This document shows, in pieces, positions 34,321 to 48,369 of a stretch of 64,000 bases of DNA. Below the pieces are notes generated by a model. That model had not been told where the DNA came from, ran no database searches, and was given only the letters and a program-made list of their open reading frames with translations. The stretch comes from Eledone cirrhosa (Eukaryota), in the NCBI GenBank assembly GCA_964016885.1, contig OZ024742.1:71176001-71240000 (forward strand). The letters are read 5' to 3'. Position 1 is the stretch's first letter. Each line of letters starts with the position of its first letter. The position numbers and the translations under genes are program-made.

Positions 34321-34329
34321 TCCTGCTAG

Positions 34330-34990
34330 GGCACCGCTTCATAAGTAGTGTTATGTTGCTCTGAAAACGTTGAAAGAAAAACCAAATAATATAAGATGGG
34401 ATATAAAAGATCATGATGGCAACTTATTGACCAGCAAAGATGATATCTTAGAGCAGTGAGTCAAATTTTATAAAGAGCTCTACTGTGATGACTTTCTTGT
34501 AACTTCTTTTGACGATGCATTATATGATCCCATTCCACCTATTCTAAAATCAAAAGTGGAATATGCAATAATAAAATTAGGATTAGATAACATCTCAGAA
34601 TACCTCAAAGCTGGTGGAGGAACCTTAGTGAAAGCCTTATTATATCTTTTCAATTGAATACTAATCGCTGGCTCAATGCTTCAAGCCTTTAAAATATGCT
34701 TAGGATAAAAGGATAACTGATTGGAATGTCTCAATTATCATCCCATCAGACTCCTAAGTCATGTTTTATAAACTGTTTATTAGCATCATTGCTGCACATA
34801 TTAAGGATGAGCTCTTTTCATATTTTCCTGCATTTCAAGCAACATATCAACCTGTTAAAGGTACTGTTAAACAAATAATTGCTTTGGAGCAAATTATTGA
34901 AAAAAATCAATCAAATTTAACAACCCAGTGTATATAGCCTTCATCGATTTCACCAAAGATTTTGATAGTGTGAAACCCCCTAAACTGCTT
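34330..34990 (+). mobile_element. Decayed RTE-like LINE RT N-terminal fragment (family of 10032-11100)
   Basis: NYHPIRLLSHVYKLF, ALEQIIEK, VYIAFIDFTKDFDSV. Confidence 0.8.
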
Positions 34991-35014
34991 GATAACATAC
35001 ACCTCAACAAGGGG

Positions 35015-35385
35015 AAGTCGATGAAATCGACCCAAGTACATTACTGGTACTTTATTTTATCGACCCCATCAGGATGAAAAGCAAAGCTAACCTCGGCGGA
35101 TTTGAACTCAGAGTGTAAAGGACCATAGCTCTATGGCACAAAGCATATTGTCCGATGCTCTACCGATACTGTCAATCCACCGCCCTCTGTTCATGAAAAT
35201 AATTGTTTCTACTTTTGGCACAAGACCAGCAATTATTCAGTGTATTACTGGTTCTTTATTTTATCGACCCCGTAAGGATGAAAGGCAAAGTTAACCTCGG
35301 CGGGATATGAATTCAGACCATAAAGGGCCGTAACTCTTTGCTGCAAAGCATGGCGTCCAACCCTCTACCGATACTGCCAATCCAG
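35015..35385 (-). mobile_element. Two adjacent family-A SINEs (35015-35184 and 35204-35385)
   Basis: Second copy flanked by TSD tgaaaataat at 35194-35203 and 35386-35395. Confidence 0.9.
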
Positions 35386-35585
35386 TGAAAATAATAAACA
35401 ATATTTTAAATTGACTGGAATTAACTATTTTCCACAAGTGAAGATAGATAACTCGTATAAAATTGATTAGAGTAGCTTCCCTTTTCCCCCAGATTGTTGT
35501 TGAGTAAAAGATCGGTTTTGAACAAACCTATGGTTAAAACATTCCACCCGTGACCATCCCATCAACTTGTTATTATATAACGTAC

Positions 35586-35769
35586 GGTGGATTGGCAGTA
35601 TCGGTAGAGGGTCGGATGCCATGCTTTGCAGCAAAGAGTTACGGCCCTTTATGTTCTGAGTTCAAATCCCGCCGAGGTTAACTTTGCCTTTCATCCTTAC
35701 GGGGTCGATAAAATAAAGTACCAGTAATACATTGGGATAATTGCTGGCCTTGTGCCAAAAGTAGAAACA
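35586..35769 (+). mobile_element. Family-A SINE, near full length
   Basis: ggtggattggcagtatcggtag...gagttcaaatcc...gtagaaaca; 14-bp TSD attatataacgtac at 35572-35585 and 35770-35783. Confidence 0.93.
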
Positions 35770-35910
35770 ATTATATAACGTACCTCAAATTATATTGTCC
35801 ATTGCATTCTTTTGTTGAGACGGTGAGGTGTTATTTAAGAGAATTTGGATGTTCTTTTTAACTGATCGAACAACTATGAAGAGGCTCTCTTTTGTAAATG
35901 AACATATACT

Positions 35911-35987
35911 TGTTTCTACTTTTGGCACAAGGCCAGCAATTACCCAGTACATTACTGGCACTTTATTTTATCGACCCCGTAAGGATG
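35911..35987 (-). mobile_element. 5'-truncated family-A SINE
   Basis: TSD aaatgaacatatact at 35896-35910 and 35988-36002. Confidence 0.85.
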
Positions 35988-36707
35988 AAATGAACATATA
36001 CTGTCCAACCAACGGTGATGACTTTGCTTTCTTATCATTTCATGTCGTCCCTTATAATTCTTTTTTATTTTTTCTTATTATTATTTAATATTATAAACGT
36101 AAGCAAGCATGCTAAAGTCCACTTTTTTCAGAGGGTTCATATGACTTACTATTAGATTATTTTCTGGAGTCAATATACAGTTTAAGTTTAAGTTTAAGTT
36201 CTTCTTCTTCTTCTTCTTCTTCTTTTTCTTCTTCTTCTTAAAAATTATATAAATCTAAATGTTTAATGCATAAACAAATTAGAGCATGTAAAGACAATTC
36301 ATTTTAGGAGAAGGATCTTCCTCAATTTAGGTAAATGAACTAGAAATATAGAAAGATTGCTTTTCTAATGATGGCTTCCCCTTATATCATAATAATATTC
36401 TGTTATTATGATATAAAGAGGAATGAGATGAAAAAAGCTAGGAAGAAAACTTTTCTAAACAGATACAAATATAAAATGCAGCAGAGTAAAACACTTCAAT
36501 ACTGTTTGGAAAGGATGGAGGTGGGTGCATAGACAACAAAGTTTTTGTCATTGCTGTTGGCCCACCTTACTGAAGAATCGGGTGAATGATTGTGAGGCTA
36601 TTTGGTTATTCTAGCATCTTAGCCTATCTTGCTATCACCTGCAGACATGTTTTGAATGTCTTAGCTTAACTCAAGCATTTTTAGAGGGCAAAACCAGCAG
36701 TCCCTAT

Positions 36708-37030
36708 TCATCATCATCATCATCCTCATTGTTTAATGTCCATTTTCCATGCTAGGACAGGCTGTCCCTTTGGGAAAGATCAGGTTGGAGGACCGTGTTT
36801 CGCTCACACAGAACTGATTTTGGCTTGGTTTCTACAGCTGGATGCCCTTCCTAACACCAATCACAATCACATTTACAGTATGTGCTGGGTGCTTTTTCCT
36901 CATGGCATCTACATGACCATTTTACAGAGTGGACTGGGCACTTTTTGTTGTGACTCCTACATGACCACTCTACAGTGTGGACTGTGCACTTTTATCTTGG
37001 CACACACATGACTACTATACAGGGTGGGCT
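36708..37030 (-). mobile_element. SINE family B with RTE-like 3' end and (ATG)n tail (other copies: 28600-28890, 37350-37440 + 38422-38780, 41248-41700, 54510-54670)
   Basis: Shared ggttggcgttaggaagggcatccagc.gtagaaac segment and 3' ccatgctagc.tggaa..ggacgttaaa(tga)n. Confidence 0.75.
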
Positions 37031-37442
37031 GTAGCAGGTAATTGATTGTAGACATGTTTTATTGTAGACATGCTTTATTTCTTTTGTAAATCATATTTAT
37101 TTTATAAATTGGGCTTATATTGCTCCAACCTTACAGATAATTTTGTAATTATTTTTTATTGAAATATTAAGCATGTGAAAACAGCTTCTCTAATGCTGGC
37201 GTAAACAATAAACTTAATTACAGCACTTTACTTAATTACAGTAATTAATAATATAAAGTGTAAATAAATCAAGTATCTATGACTGTACTGAATGACATAC
37301 ACATAAGCACATATAAAAAAAACTCTTAATGGACTGAAATTTTTATCTTCATCATTATCATTTGACATCCATTTTCTAGGCTAGCATAAGCTGCGATGGT
37401 TGTCTCAGTCTAAATGGGTTGAAGGGCCACATCTTGCTCATA

Positions 37443-38419
37443 CGAGGTTTGTTCTAAAAGTAAGGGTACTGATTTTCCTATGTATGACATGGTAATGCAC
37501 CACCTCATTGATGCATATAGGCTTGTTGGTTATGGTCTTGGCTGCATGTACATACTTGTTTCAAAATGATTGATTAGATCAGTCACGAGTTATAACTGTA
37601 CGGACAAGTTTCTAACTTCTGTTACGTTTTCAATGCAGGAAAATATCGAACAATGGTATGCGATCAAATTTTGTGTGAAACTCAACAAATCTGCAATGAA
37701 AACATCTAATTTTTTCAAACAAATTTATGGAGATTCCATTCTATCGAGAAGTAAGATTTTTAACTGGCACAAAGCTTTGAAAGATGGCTGAGAAAATTTT
37801 GAAGGTGAACTTCATTTTGGAAGGCCAAAATTGTCAACAAATGAGTAAAATGTGGAAGTGGTTTGTACGGTAAAATATCACTGATTAAGTGCTAGGATAA
37901 AAATGCAGTTTACAGAATCAATGTGCTTAAGCAAAAATACGCCTGCTCACATAGCACTTTCAATTAAAGTATTTCTGGCAAAGAAAAACATTCCCACTCA
38001 TCTATATCCTCCCAACAGTCCAGATCTAGCTCTCTATTGAACATCCTCCCAACAGCCCAGATCTAGCTCTCTATTGAACATCCTCCCAACAGCCCAGATC
38101 TAGCTCTCTATTGAACATCCTCCCAACAGCCCAGATCTAGCTCTCTATTGAACATCCAGATCTGTATTCCCAAAGTTGAAATTGAAGTTGAAGGGTTATC
38201 ATTTTGGGACTGAGGAAAATATATAAGAAATTGTAACTGACGAGCTGTGGATACTCACAGAAAATGACTTCTGGTACTACTATGATCAATGGAAAAAACG
38301 TTGAAACCACTTTGTTACTTCCCAAGGGTTGTATTTTAAAGGAAATAACTTGTAATTTCATGTACATCTAATATACATTTAAATAAACACCAGTGCCCTT
38401 ACTTTTGGTACAAACCTCA
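37443..38419 (+). mobile_element. mariner transposon, internally deleted
   Basis: 29-bp TIRs cgaggtttgttctaaaagtaagggtactg / cagtgcccttacttttggtacaaacctca; TA TSDs; EQWYAIKFCVKL...FNWHKALKDG..GRP, NTPAH, YPPNSPDLA; 37-bp unit amplified about 4x at 38007-38155. Confidence 0.92.
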
Positions 38420-38469
38420 TACATTCTATATTTTTGGCAAGGTTTCTATGGCTGTATGATGCCATTCTT

Positions 38470-38780
38470 AATACCAACAACTTTACTGAGTGTACTGGGT
38501 GTTTTTTTTTATCTTAAAGCAGCACTACCACTAGGTGCATTTTATTGTGGCAGCAACACTACCACTTTATAGAGTGTACTGGGTGTATTTTATGGTGGCA
38601 CCAGCATTAATACTTTAGGGTGTACTGGTTGTATCATTTTTGTGGTACCAACACCACGACTTTACAGAGTGTACTGGATATATTTCATCATGGTACCAAC
38701 ACTACCCTTTTACAGAGTGTACTGGGTGCATTTTATTATGGAACCAGCATGACCACTTTACAGAGAGTACTGGGTGCATA
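38470..38780. repeat. ~48-bp minisatellite within SINE family B sequence
   Basis: About 6 units of accactttacagagtgtactgggtgcattttattgtggcaccagc. Confidence 0.85.
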
Positions 38781-39459
38781 GATAGCAAACAAAAGCCAAT
38801 CAGCATTCGTTAACTCACCAAAAAAACATCCTACTGAACTGTTTCTTTACCACATCCATTGATAACACTCTCAGTAACCCTAAGTTATAAATATTAAGTG
38901 GAACGAGCTAATGATAAACATAAAAACAAACAACAAAACAACTACAAAAACAGCTAAACATTCGAGATGCTACAAAAATCAAATTTTATTTATCAATCAA
39001 ATATTTGATTAGATGTCCAGCAGTCTGTAGAAGTAAACATTATTAATTATGATTTGTCAATCCTAAAATAGAGGTTGTAGATGCTAGAGAAAGAAAGCTG
39101 CATTGAAGCAAAAATATAAAAATAACTGCACATATTTTTCTTCCCCTTCTAATATCAATGTAGCATTCTTGTACTTCACATGTTTACTAAGAAGACAAAT
39201 CAATGCTCTGTTATTATTATATTGTTATCTAGTTGAAGAATTATATGATTTCATCTGATCTGTTCATTGCTATTCAGCTGAATGGTGAATTATATATGTT
39301 TTTCTGGTCTTATTTTTTAAATTTCTTAAGAACAGAGAGAGAGAGGGGCGAGAAAGAGGCCTTTCATTGGAATTTAGAGAAAATCAACTAGGTAATTATG
39401 TATGAATCTCTCTCTCTCTCACTCTCTCCCCACTCTCTCTCTCTCCCTCTCTCTCTCTG

Positions 39460-41240
39460 TGCATGTATATGTACTTGCATGCAGGTATAAATATCATTGC
39501 ATGTGTGGATCTGTATGTTTTGAGTTATATGTGCACATATACATATGTTTCTATATCTACACATTTGTTACACAGTTATTATTATACACTAAATTTTTAT
39601 ATATTTTTACAGTTGCATTAATGAACTGTACTTGCAACTTCCTAACTAGCCATATCCTTTCTGGTTTTGTGAAGCTCAGCTTCTTAAGATTTGTACTGAG
39701 GCATTTAATAATATATTCAAGTGTCTCAATGATCACAGATACAACTCTAAAGCTACAATCAAGGTCAGGTATCTGCAAGTTTCTCATTAGTTTGGCATCG
39801 ATGTTCTTTTCACTAATCTTTAGCATTATATTGACATCTGCAGGGCAGCTGATTTCCATTACTGTGCATGTCTTCTTTTCTCTGCCTCATATCACTATTT
39901 CTGGTCTGCTATGTTTGTATTTTATTGGTATTTTGACAGGAACAGTCCACCAGTGTACATATGCTGTCCACTCCACTGTAATTCTATATGTTTTCATTCT
40001 AAGGACTATCCTCTCTATGGATTTCATTGTATACATTATGCCTCATGGGTAGATAGTATTGTCATGACTTATTTGAAAAGCTGCTTATGTTGTGGGTGAC
40101 ATCCATGAATGTTTATTCTGCAGAGTCGTCATCTGTTGTCACATCTAGGTGTTTTGCCTGCATCTCTCTCTCTTTTGTGCATCAGGTATTTCATTATGAA
40201 AGCATAGTTACATCCCTTTATGATCTGAGTTCAAATCCCGCCGAGGTTGACTTTGCCTTTCATCCTTACGGGGTCGATAAAATAAAGTACCAGTAATGCA
40301 CTGGGTGATTGCTGACCTTGTGCCTAAAGTAGAAACAATTATGAAAGCATATCCTTCAAAGTAAGTCCAATATACACTACTTTGGTTATCAGTATTACTC
40401 TCACTTTGAAGCTTTCAAACAACATAGCTATGCATATGACTTACTGCAGATAAGCATACATCCTTTCATCTAATTATTTGTTGCAGTATTGCTGTGCAAC
40501 TTCCCTGGGTGTATATTTTTGGTCAAAATTCAGGAAATACTTCTCAAGAAGCTCCTTCCCAATTCTCATGATGTTATCTGCATCATGTTGTTCTATGGAA
40601 GCGTTTTTATACTTGATAGTTAGTAGATGTGGTTGAAGGAATATGATATGACATTTAAAAGCTGCTTGGATTGATGTTAAACTTCTGACTCCCAGATTGC
40701 ATTATATAATATTGTGGCCATGGCATCTTTGAACAGCTACTTATGATGTGAATCTATGTCAGTGTTGATAGGAACATTTTTGGTGCTGATAAGAATTTTT
40801 CAGGTTCTCACATCAATACTCCAAATGTTGATGTTAGTATAGGCGCAGTAAACACAATGTGAGCCACTGATTTATTATATGTAGAGTTCCAAAGACTGTA
40901 CTTTTCTTATCCAGGTGTTTTATTCCCTGATTACTTGTTCCTGGTTAAAAATTCCATCTTAGGATATATTTTCATTTATCCATAAGTATCTGTAGCAGTC
41001 CTCATTAGACACTGGTGAAACAGTCAGGCCATTTATAGAGATGTTGCTGGACTGACTTGAAGTCTTCTCAATCTTTACAATTATATAGGAACATTTATCT
41101 TGTCCAAAATCCATCCTCATATTGAGAATGTTGTAACCAGGTCAAAGCTTTTCTTCACACCATTTATATTCTTGGCATACATTTTCAGATCATCCACAAA
41201 GAAGGTATGTGTTAGGCTTGAATTTCTGGTTTTCTGTTAA
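39460..41240 (-). mobile_element. RLE-type non-LTR retrotransposon (R4/Dong-like), decayed 3' part
   Basis: RPEIV..MEISCPADVN..LMRNLQI (PD-(D/E)xK endonuclease), CCHC remnant, FVDDLK and YLW/IDEN RT remnants. Confidence 0.75.
40207..40337 (+). mobile_element. 5'-truncated family-A SINE inserted in the RLE LINE
   Basis: TSD attatgaaagcata at 40193-40206 and 40338-40351. Confidence 0.9.
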
Positions 41241-41703
41241 CCAATTACATCATCATCATCATCATCATCATCATTGTTTAACGTCCATCTTCCACGCTAG
41301 CATGGGTTAGACGGGAGTTGTCCCACTTGAAGCAAGGTTGATTGGGTGACCGTGTCTCGCTCATATAGGACTATCTGGCATGTTTTCTACGACTGGATGC
41401 TCTTCCTAACACCAAGCATATTTATAGTGTGGACTGGGAACTTTTTACCATGTTACCTACATGACCACATTACAGCGTGGACTGTGTGTTTTTTTTTGTC
41501 GTGACACCTACACGACCTCATTTATTTAGGACTGGATGTTGTGGTACCAACATAACTTTACAGAGAGAGGGTGGTGTTGGTGGGAGTGGGAGGATGGAGT
41601 AGGGGTAGTGGATTGGGGTGTATATTTGGTTAAGAGGTGCCTACTGACTGTAGGTTTCGCTTTGGACATAGGCAAGGTGGGTCTTCTGTATTATTGCATA
41701 GCG

Positions 41704-43900
41704 TCAAAGATCTCGGGCCAGTGACATTGTCTTAGAGAGGTGCAAGTGTGTAAGGTTGGAATTTATCAAATCATCCCAGGTTTTTCTGGATCTACCTACT
41801 CTGTAACTTCCATCAATTTTGATCGCCCTGCACTTTTTTATACAGCTGTCGTTTTTCATGCGCACCACGTGACCATACCTACATAGTCTTCTCTCAAGTA
41901 AACAGCATCTGATCCCTTTTATTCCTAATTTCTCACTTAGTTCTTTTATGCTTTGCCGTTTATGTATATTACTATTACACATCCAATGGAGCATGCATGC
42001 TTTGTTCCTTTCCAGTCTGAGCAGGTCCTCTGCACACAACGCCCATGTCTCACTGCCATGTAGCATTGCTGTTCGTATACAGGCATCATACAATCTGCCT
42101 TTCATTTTTAGAGAGAAACCTTTTGTGGCCAACAGCGGTATAAGCTCTCTGAACTTTTTCCATCCTGTTCTGACTCTGGCTACTGTACTTTCAGAGCACC
42201 CTCCACCACTGCTGATTTTGTCGCCCAGGTAACGGAAAGTGTCCACTATTTCTATAGAACCATCTGGGCAATAGAAGGAGCTAGTATCCTGTGGGCACTT
42301 GCTACTTATTGCACCTGAGCATGAGGCCACATATAAAATCGACGTTGTTAGATAGTTTACCTGTGATCCCACTACATCTTTTATGTACCCATAGTTTGCA
42401 TTTGGGACATAAAATGGAATTTCTACCTACTCCTTTCCTACACACTAAGCATGGCCATTTCCCTGAGGGCACCTGTGCCCTATTTTCCCTTCTACAAACT
42501 AGAACTTTAGTCTTAGACAAGTTAACTTTAAGGCCTTTTGATTCAAGGCCGTGCTTCCATGTTTGGAATTTCTTCTCTAGTTCAGCCCTAGATTCAGCTA
42601 TGAAAGTTAGATCATCTGCGTATAGGAGTTCCCATGGGCAGCCGGTCTTAAACTCCTCTGTTATAGCCTGAAGGGCAATAATAAATATGAGGCGGCTAAG
42701 GACAGAGCCTTGATGAACACCAACTTTTACACTAAATTCTTCACTATATTCATTGTTAATTCTAACCTTACTGACTGTTTCTTTATACATAGCTTGTATA
42801 GCTCTCACAAGCCATTCATCTACACCTAGTTTTCTAAGAGCCCACCAGATAATGGAGCGGGGGACTCTGTCAAAGGCTTTCTCCAGGTCTACAAAAGCTA
42901 AGTAGAGGGGTTTACTTTTAGCTAGGTACTTCTGTAGTTGTCGTTCAAGGAAAAGAGCATCTGTGGTACTTTTACCTGATACAAACCCAAACTGCATTTC
43001 ATCTAGATCAATTCGCTCTCTGATTAGTTGCGCTATAACTCTTTCTGTGACCTTCATGACCTGGTCAACTAACTTAATGCCTCTATAGTTTCCCCTATTT
43101 AGAGCATCTCCTTTACCTTTGTAGCAGTTAATGATGATGCTGCTATGCCAGTCTTTTGGTATGACCCCATTCTGTATTACTTGGTTTACTATACGGGTGA
43201 CCATAGTATGCCCCACCATTCCAGATGCTTTCAACATCTCAACAACTATCTCCGAAGGTCCAGCTGCCTTGCCTGTCTTCATATCTTTGATTGCCTTACT
43301 TATTATATTACCTTTAACTTGCACCGCTGGTCCTTCTATTGGATCGATTTGGGGCAGACTATCTTTTTCCCACTTATTCTCCTCATTTAATAGTCTCTCA
43401 TAGTGACACTTCCAGGCTACCTTCTTATCAGTATCAGTGAGGGCAAGTTACACCATTATCATTACGGACACACTTCTCTCCGACAATATCACGGTTTTCC
43501 TTGACACATTGTCTGGCAATCCTGAACACCTCACGTTTTTGGTCCTCACGTTGTAGAACATGCTTGAACTTTCTATCCTCTGCTTCTCTTTTTGCAAGGT
43601 ACACTTGTCTCCTAGCTTCTCTCCTGGCCACTTGATAGTGTTCTCTACTTCCCCCATCCTGCCATACTTTCCAAGCCTGTTTTTTGGCCTTGATTGTCTC
43701 CTCCACCTTACTGTTCCACCACCAAGTTACTCTCCTCCTGCCAATAGGTCTGCTCCCACTGTTCCTCTATATTGTACATCTCTAATTGCTCTTCCTTATT
43801 GTCAAAGGCTTCAAGTAATAAGCTTTTAAATTTGTCACTGGCTATGGGGAAAAGACAAGGGTTAGTGTCCTTCTGCAATATTCTATGTTTCACTTCAGGA
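41704..43900 (-). mobile_element. Long RTE LINE fragment (RT, frameshifted) with the same internal PHD-type finger
   Basis: ORFs 42302-43324 (GKAAGP, NYRGIKL, MQFGF, FVDLEKAFDRVP, YADD, CLVC..CPKC..HKRC..C) and 41704-42372. Confidence 0.92.
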
Positions 43901-45019
43901 TAGCAGCCAGAATGAAGATAGGTCTTCTATGGCTCTGATTATGGTTTTGGGGGCTTTAGCAAGTTGAAGGGCTTGTAACGTTCAAGAGTTGGGAACAGAA
44001 TTGAATGCTCTTTTTTTGTCATCCAACCAGACTGTAGCCAAATTCCTTCTATGTTGTTGCACCTCTGACATTGCAGTTTTATTAATTAGAATTTTCTCAG
44101 CACATTGCCAAACTTCTTTCTTCCCAGCTGTTTATATATTTTATACACTAAATTCTAACATACAATCAGTCAGTAGTTTTTCACTAAATGAATATATTTG
44201 TTTTTGTAGATCAGTCTTGTCTCTACCAATACCAACAGGTTTGGTATGGTTATTGAGAGCTTTCTGGCAGAGGTTGATAAGAAACTTCCATCAGAAAGTC
44301 AATTTTTTGTACCAGTAGCTGACAATCATGTCTATTCCTGGTACTTTCTTATCCTGAAGTTTCCCTATCACTGTCTCAAGGGTTTCATCATTGATGCTAA
44401 TGATTTTGGTGTGATGAAGGGACAATAGTTTGTATTTCTTTCAACCATACTGCATCTTGCTTAAACTTCTTTTCTTCACCCTATATTTTTCTTTTGAGTG
44501 TATCTGTCTTTCTGTGACATTTATTGATTTGCCCCACATATCTTTATAGGCTGATGATTGGCTTTGACTAAATTTCTTATTAATTATTGTTCTTTCAGCT
44601 ACCTCTCCTGACACAGGAGTTTCTCACTGACAATTCTTAACTCTTGTTTCTATTTTATTCTTCATTCTTTGTTGGTAAGGGATGTAGTTTTGTTTTTGCT
44701 TACATGTGATAAGATTTGCCAAATGATTGATGGCTTTCTGTAGATTAATAATATTTTTTTCTATTTTAGAAATTTACAATAGCACTTTTTGTGTTGTTTT
44801 GTCTCTGTTTACATTTCTATTATCACCAAGATAATGTTTTCCAGTCGTTGCTAGGGCATATAGACATGTTAAGTTACCAAAATACAGGAGCATTAATCTG
44901 TTGTAAATATATATGGATGTGTGTAGGCACAAAGTTCTTCTGGTTTTATTATTTTATAAATTTTCACCTATAGAGAGAGTTGGTTTCTAACAAGTCAATT
45001 TAGACAACATCAACAAGGT

Positions 45020-47570
45020 TTGTGTGTGTTATTGCATGTTTGGATTTATATGTTTTGAGTTATGTGTACACAGACATATGTTTCTGTATCTATATATGTA
45101 TATATGCAGTTATTACATGGTGAATTTCTGAAATCTTTTACATATTTTTACAGTTCCATAAATGGACAGTACTTGCAACTTTCTAAGTAGCCATGCCCTT
45201 GCTGGTTCTATGAAGCCCAGCATCTTAAAATTTGTACTAAAGCAGTTAGTAACATATTCCAGAGCCCTAATTATCACAGGCACAAATCTAAAAGTATAGT
45301 CAGGATGGAGTATCTGCAGATTCCTCATTAGCACAACATAAATGTTTTCCGTTTCACTATTTTTTAGCATTATATTGACATCTACTGGGCAGCTGATTTC
45401 CACTACTGAGCATGCCTTGTTTTGTCTGTCCCATATCACTATGTCCGATTTGTTATGTTTGTATTTTATTGGTGTTTTGACTGGAACATTCCACCATTCA
45501 TATTATGCATATGTCCTCCACATTACTGTAACATTTTATACATTTATTTTCAGGGCTATACTTTCTATGGATTGCTTTGTATAATGTTTTGGCCACTACA
45601 TTATAGGTAGATAGTATCATGATGACATCTTTGAACAGCTGCATATGATGTGGCTGACATCTTTGATGTTTATTCTGTAGAGTATTCCTTTTCGCTAATC
45701 TTTAATATTATATTGGCATCTGCTGGGCAGCTGACCTCTGCTTCTGTACATGCTTTCTTTTCCATGTCCCATATCACTATATCTGGTCTGTTCTGCTTGC
45801 ATCTTACTGGGGTTTTGACTGGAACATTTCACCAGCACTCTTTCATAATATGTAATTTTTAATATGTTTATTGTCGGGGCTATCTTTTCTACAGATTGCA
45901 TTGTTTAGTGTTTTGGCCACTACACTATGTCTAATAGGTAGATAGTACCACGATGACATCTTTGGACAGCTACATATGACATGGTTGACGTCTTCGATTA
46001 TAATTAAGTAGAATCTGCATTTGTTGTCACATATATATGTTTTGCCTGCATCCCTATCTCTTTTGTGAATCAGGTATTTTGTATTGATTTTCTGTTCTTG
46101 TATTACAAAAGCATATCCTTCAAAGTGAGAGCCAATATAGTGGTTATCTGTCCAAGATAGACTACTTCTCCAGCCATCTATTTAAAACTGTATACAGCTA
46201 TGGTGCGACCACACTTGGAATTCGCATCATCAGTCTGGAACCCCTATCTTGCTCGGAACATTGACCTCCTGGAAACTGTTCAGAGACGTGCAACCAAGCG
46301 CATACCCTCCATCAGACACCTACCATACTCTGAACGCCTTGCTTCCCTGGGCATGGATTCATTGAAGCTCCGACGTCTGGCAATGGACTTGGTGAATACC
46401 CACAAAGTTTTTAACCATCTCGCCAACTGCAACCCTGAGCGCCTCTTTGATCTCCATGTGTCTAACACACGTGGACATGCCTACAAGATAAGAAAACAGC
46501 ACAGCTCCCATGACTTTCGCAGACATTTTTTCACGCTCAGAGTTGCTGAAGCATGGAACAAACTGCCTGCGTCAATTGTTAGCTGCCGAGACACTGCATC
46601 CTTTAAGACACTCATGCTTCCCGAAATACGCCAAAACTACACCTGATGTACCCCTTCCATACACATGCACACATGTGTGTATCATGACTTGTGCACTGTT
46701 CATTTTACTGATGTTTGTGCATTGCCCTATGTACTGTACATGTACTTTTTTGATGAGTTGTGGTGCACCTGGGCACTGTACACAATATTTCATTATTGTT
46801 ATTGTTGTTATATCATGACTCATACACTGTTTATTTTCCTGACATTTGTACATTATTCTATGTACTATACATGCACCTTTGATGAGTTGTAGTGCACCTG
46901 AGCACTGTACACAATAATTTCATTATTATTATTATATTACTCTCACTTTGAAGCTTCTTGACAACATATCCATGCATGATGTTTTGATAAGCATGCAGTT
47001 TCTCGTCCATGGATTCACTGCGGTATTGCTGGGTAATTTCCTTGGGTGTGAGTTTTTGATTATCATGCAGGGAATACTTCTCATGGAGCTCCTTCCCATC
47101 TCTCATAATCTTATCTGTCTCATATAGAAAGACTTGCTCAATAGATGGGCTCCTACGCTTAGTGGTTCATAAATGTTGGAGGGATATGATGTGACACTCA
47201 AATGCTGCCTGGCCTGATATTAGGCCCCTGCCTCCCTACTTACTTTTCAAGTAGGGGTGGTTGATGTCCCTGTTGATGTGGAAATTTCTGGTGTTGCTCA
47301 AGATTTTTCGGGTTTTAGCATCAATAGCTCAGATTTCATCTATCGTCCAATCGAGTGTTCCAAATGATGCTGTTAGGAGAGACACAGCAAACACATTGTG
47401 AACCGTTGTTTTGTTGTGCACAGAGATTTGAGATGACCATATTTTTCTTAACCAGGAGTAATATTCCTTGGTTATGTGATCCTTGTTACAAAAACCATCA
47501 GGATATATTCTCATCTATTCCTAGGTATCTGTAGCAGTCCTCGTCAGATATCAATGAAACAGTTAAGCCA
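45020..47570 (-). mobile_element. Second R4/Dong-like RLE LINE region, with a duplicated endonuclease segment and a CR1 insertion
   Basis: DIVIWDRQNKACSVVEISCPVDVN...FVPVII; segment repeated at 45355-45690 and 45690-46000; RT-end motifs YLGIDEN, RKIWSSQIS..NK. Confidence 0.78.
46150..46935 (+). mobile_element. CR1-type LINE 3' fragment with (ATT)n tail and partly duplicated 3' UTR
   Basis: VRPHLEFASSVWNPY..LETVQRRATK..NTRGHAYK..FFTLRVAEAWNKLP, open to the stop at 46646. Confidence 0.88.
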
Positions 47571-48203
47571 TTAATATGTATGTATGTATGTAGGGCGGAA
47601 GAACTCATAAGAGTCAACGCCCATCCAAAGTGTGTAAATATGTATATACACATGTATATGTGTATGTGTGTGGGTGCATGTGTGTGTATATGCGCGGGGA
47701 CATAGAAATAGTCGGGCTGGACACCCGATCGCGCAGTTAAACCACTGGGAGTGAAGGACCCCTAGCCTTTGTCAGAGCATTCTTCTAGGAGAAGGCAACT
47801 CAGGAAACTGGGGTAACTCCGATATAAAACCTGTGGTTCAGTAGTTACCGATGATGTTGATCTTTTCTTCTTTTCGGGTTATAGCTACTGTCGCTCAGAG
47901 AGTGGGATTGGCTCAGTGCACAGTCTTTCCTCATTAAAAAAAATATCTTCACGCACAGGCATTGCACGATAGAATTAATTAATAATTATTAATAATGGTG
48001 TATAGTGCAATGGCCATACTCGATAACGAGGGGGCAGCCATCATGTATGTATGTATCCTATCCTCATCACTCAAGTCAATGACTGACAATTTCCCTAGTA
48101 CTGGTACCACAATAAAATGCACCCAGTACATTCTGTAAAGTGATTGGTGTTAGGAAGGGGTTCTGTAAATCTAAATTTGTTGACCAGAATAAATAATAAT
48201 TAT

Positions 48204-48335
48204 AATTGTTTCTACTTTTGGCACAAGGCCAGCAATTTGAAAGGATTACTGGTACTTTATTTTATAGACTCCGTAAGGATGAAGGGCAAAGCTAATCTCA
48301 GCATAGAATGTAAAGGACCATAACTATATGCCACC
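48204..48335 (-). mobile_element. Family-A SINE, partly deleted
   Basis: aattgtttctacttttggcacaaggccagc...gtaaggatgaagggcaaag. Confidence 0.8.
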
Positions 48336-48369
48336 CTAATAATATTAATGTTATTATTAATATTATCAA

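Noticed and set aside
39402-40052. 216-aa hydrophobic plus-strand ORF (also 17633-18268, 6206-6841, 23019-23594)
   Set aside because: Antisense shadows of retroelement coding sequence
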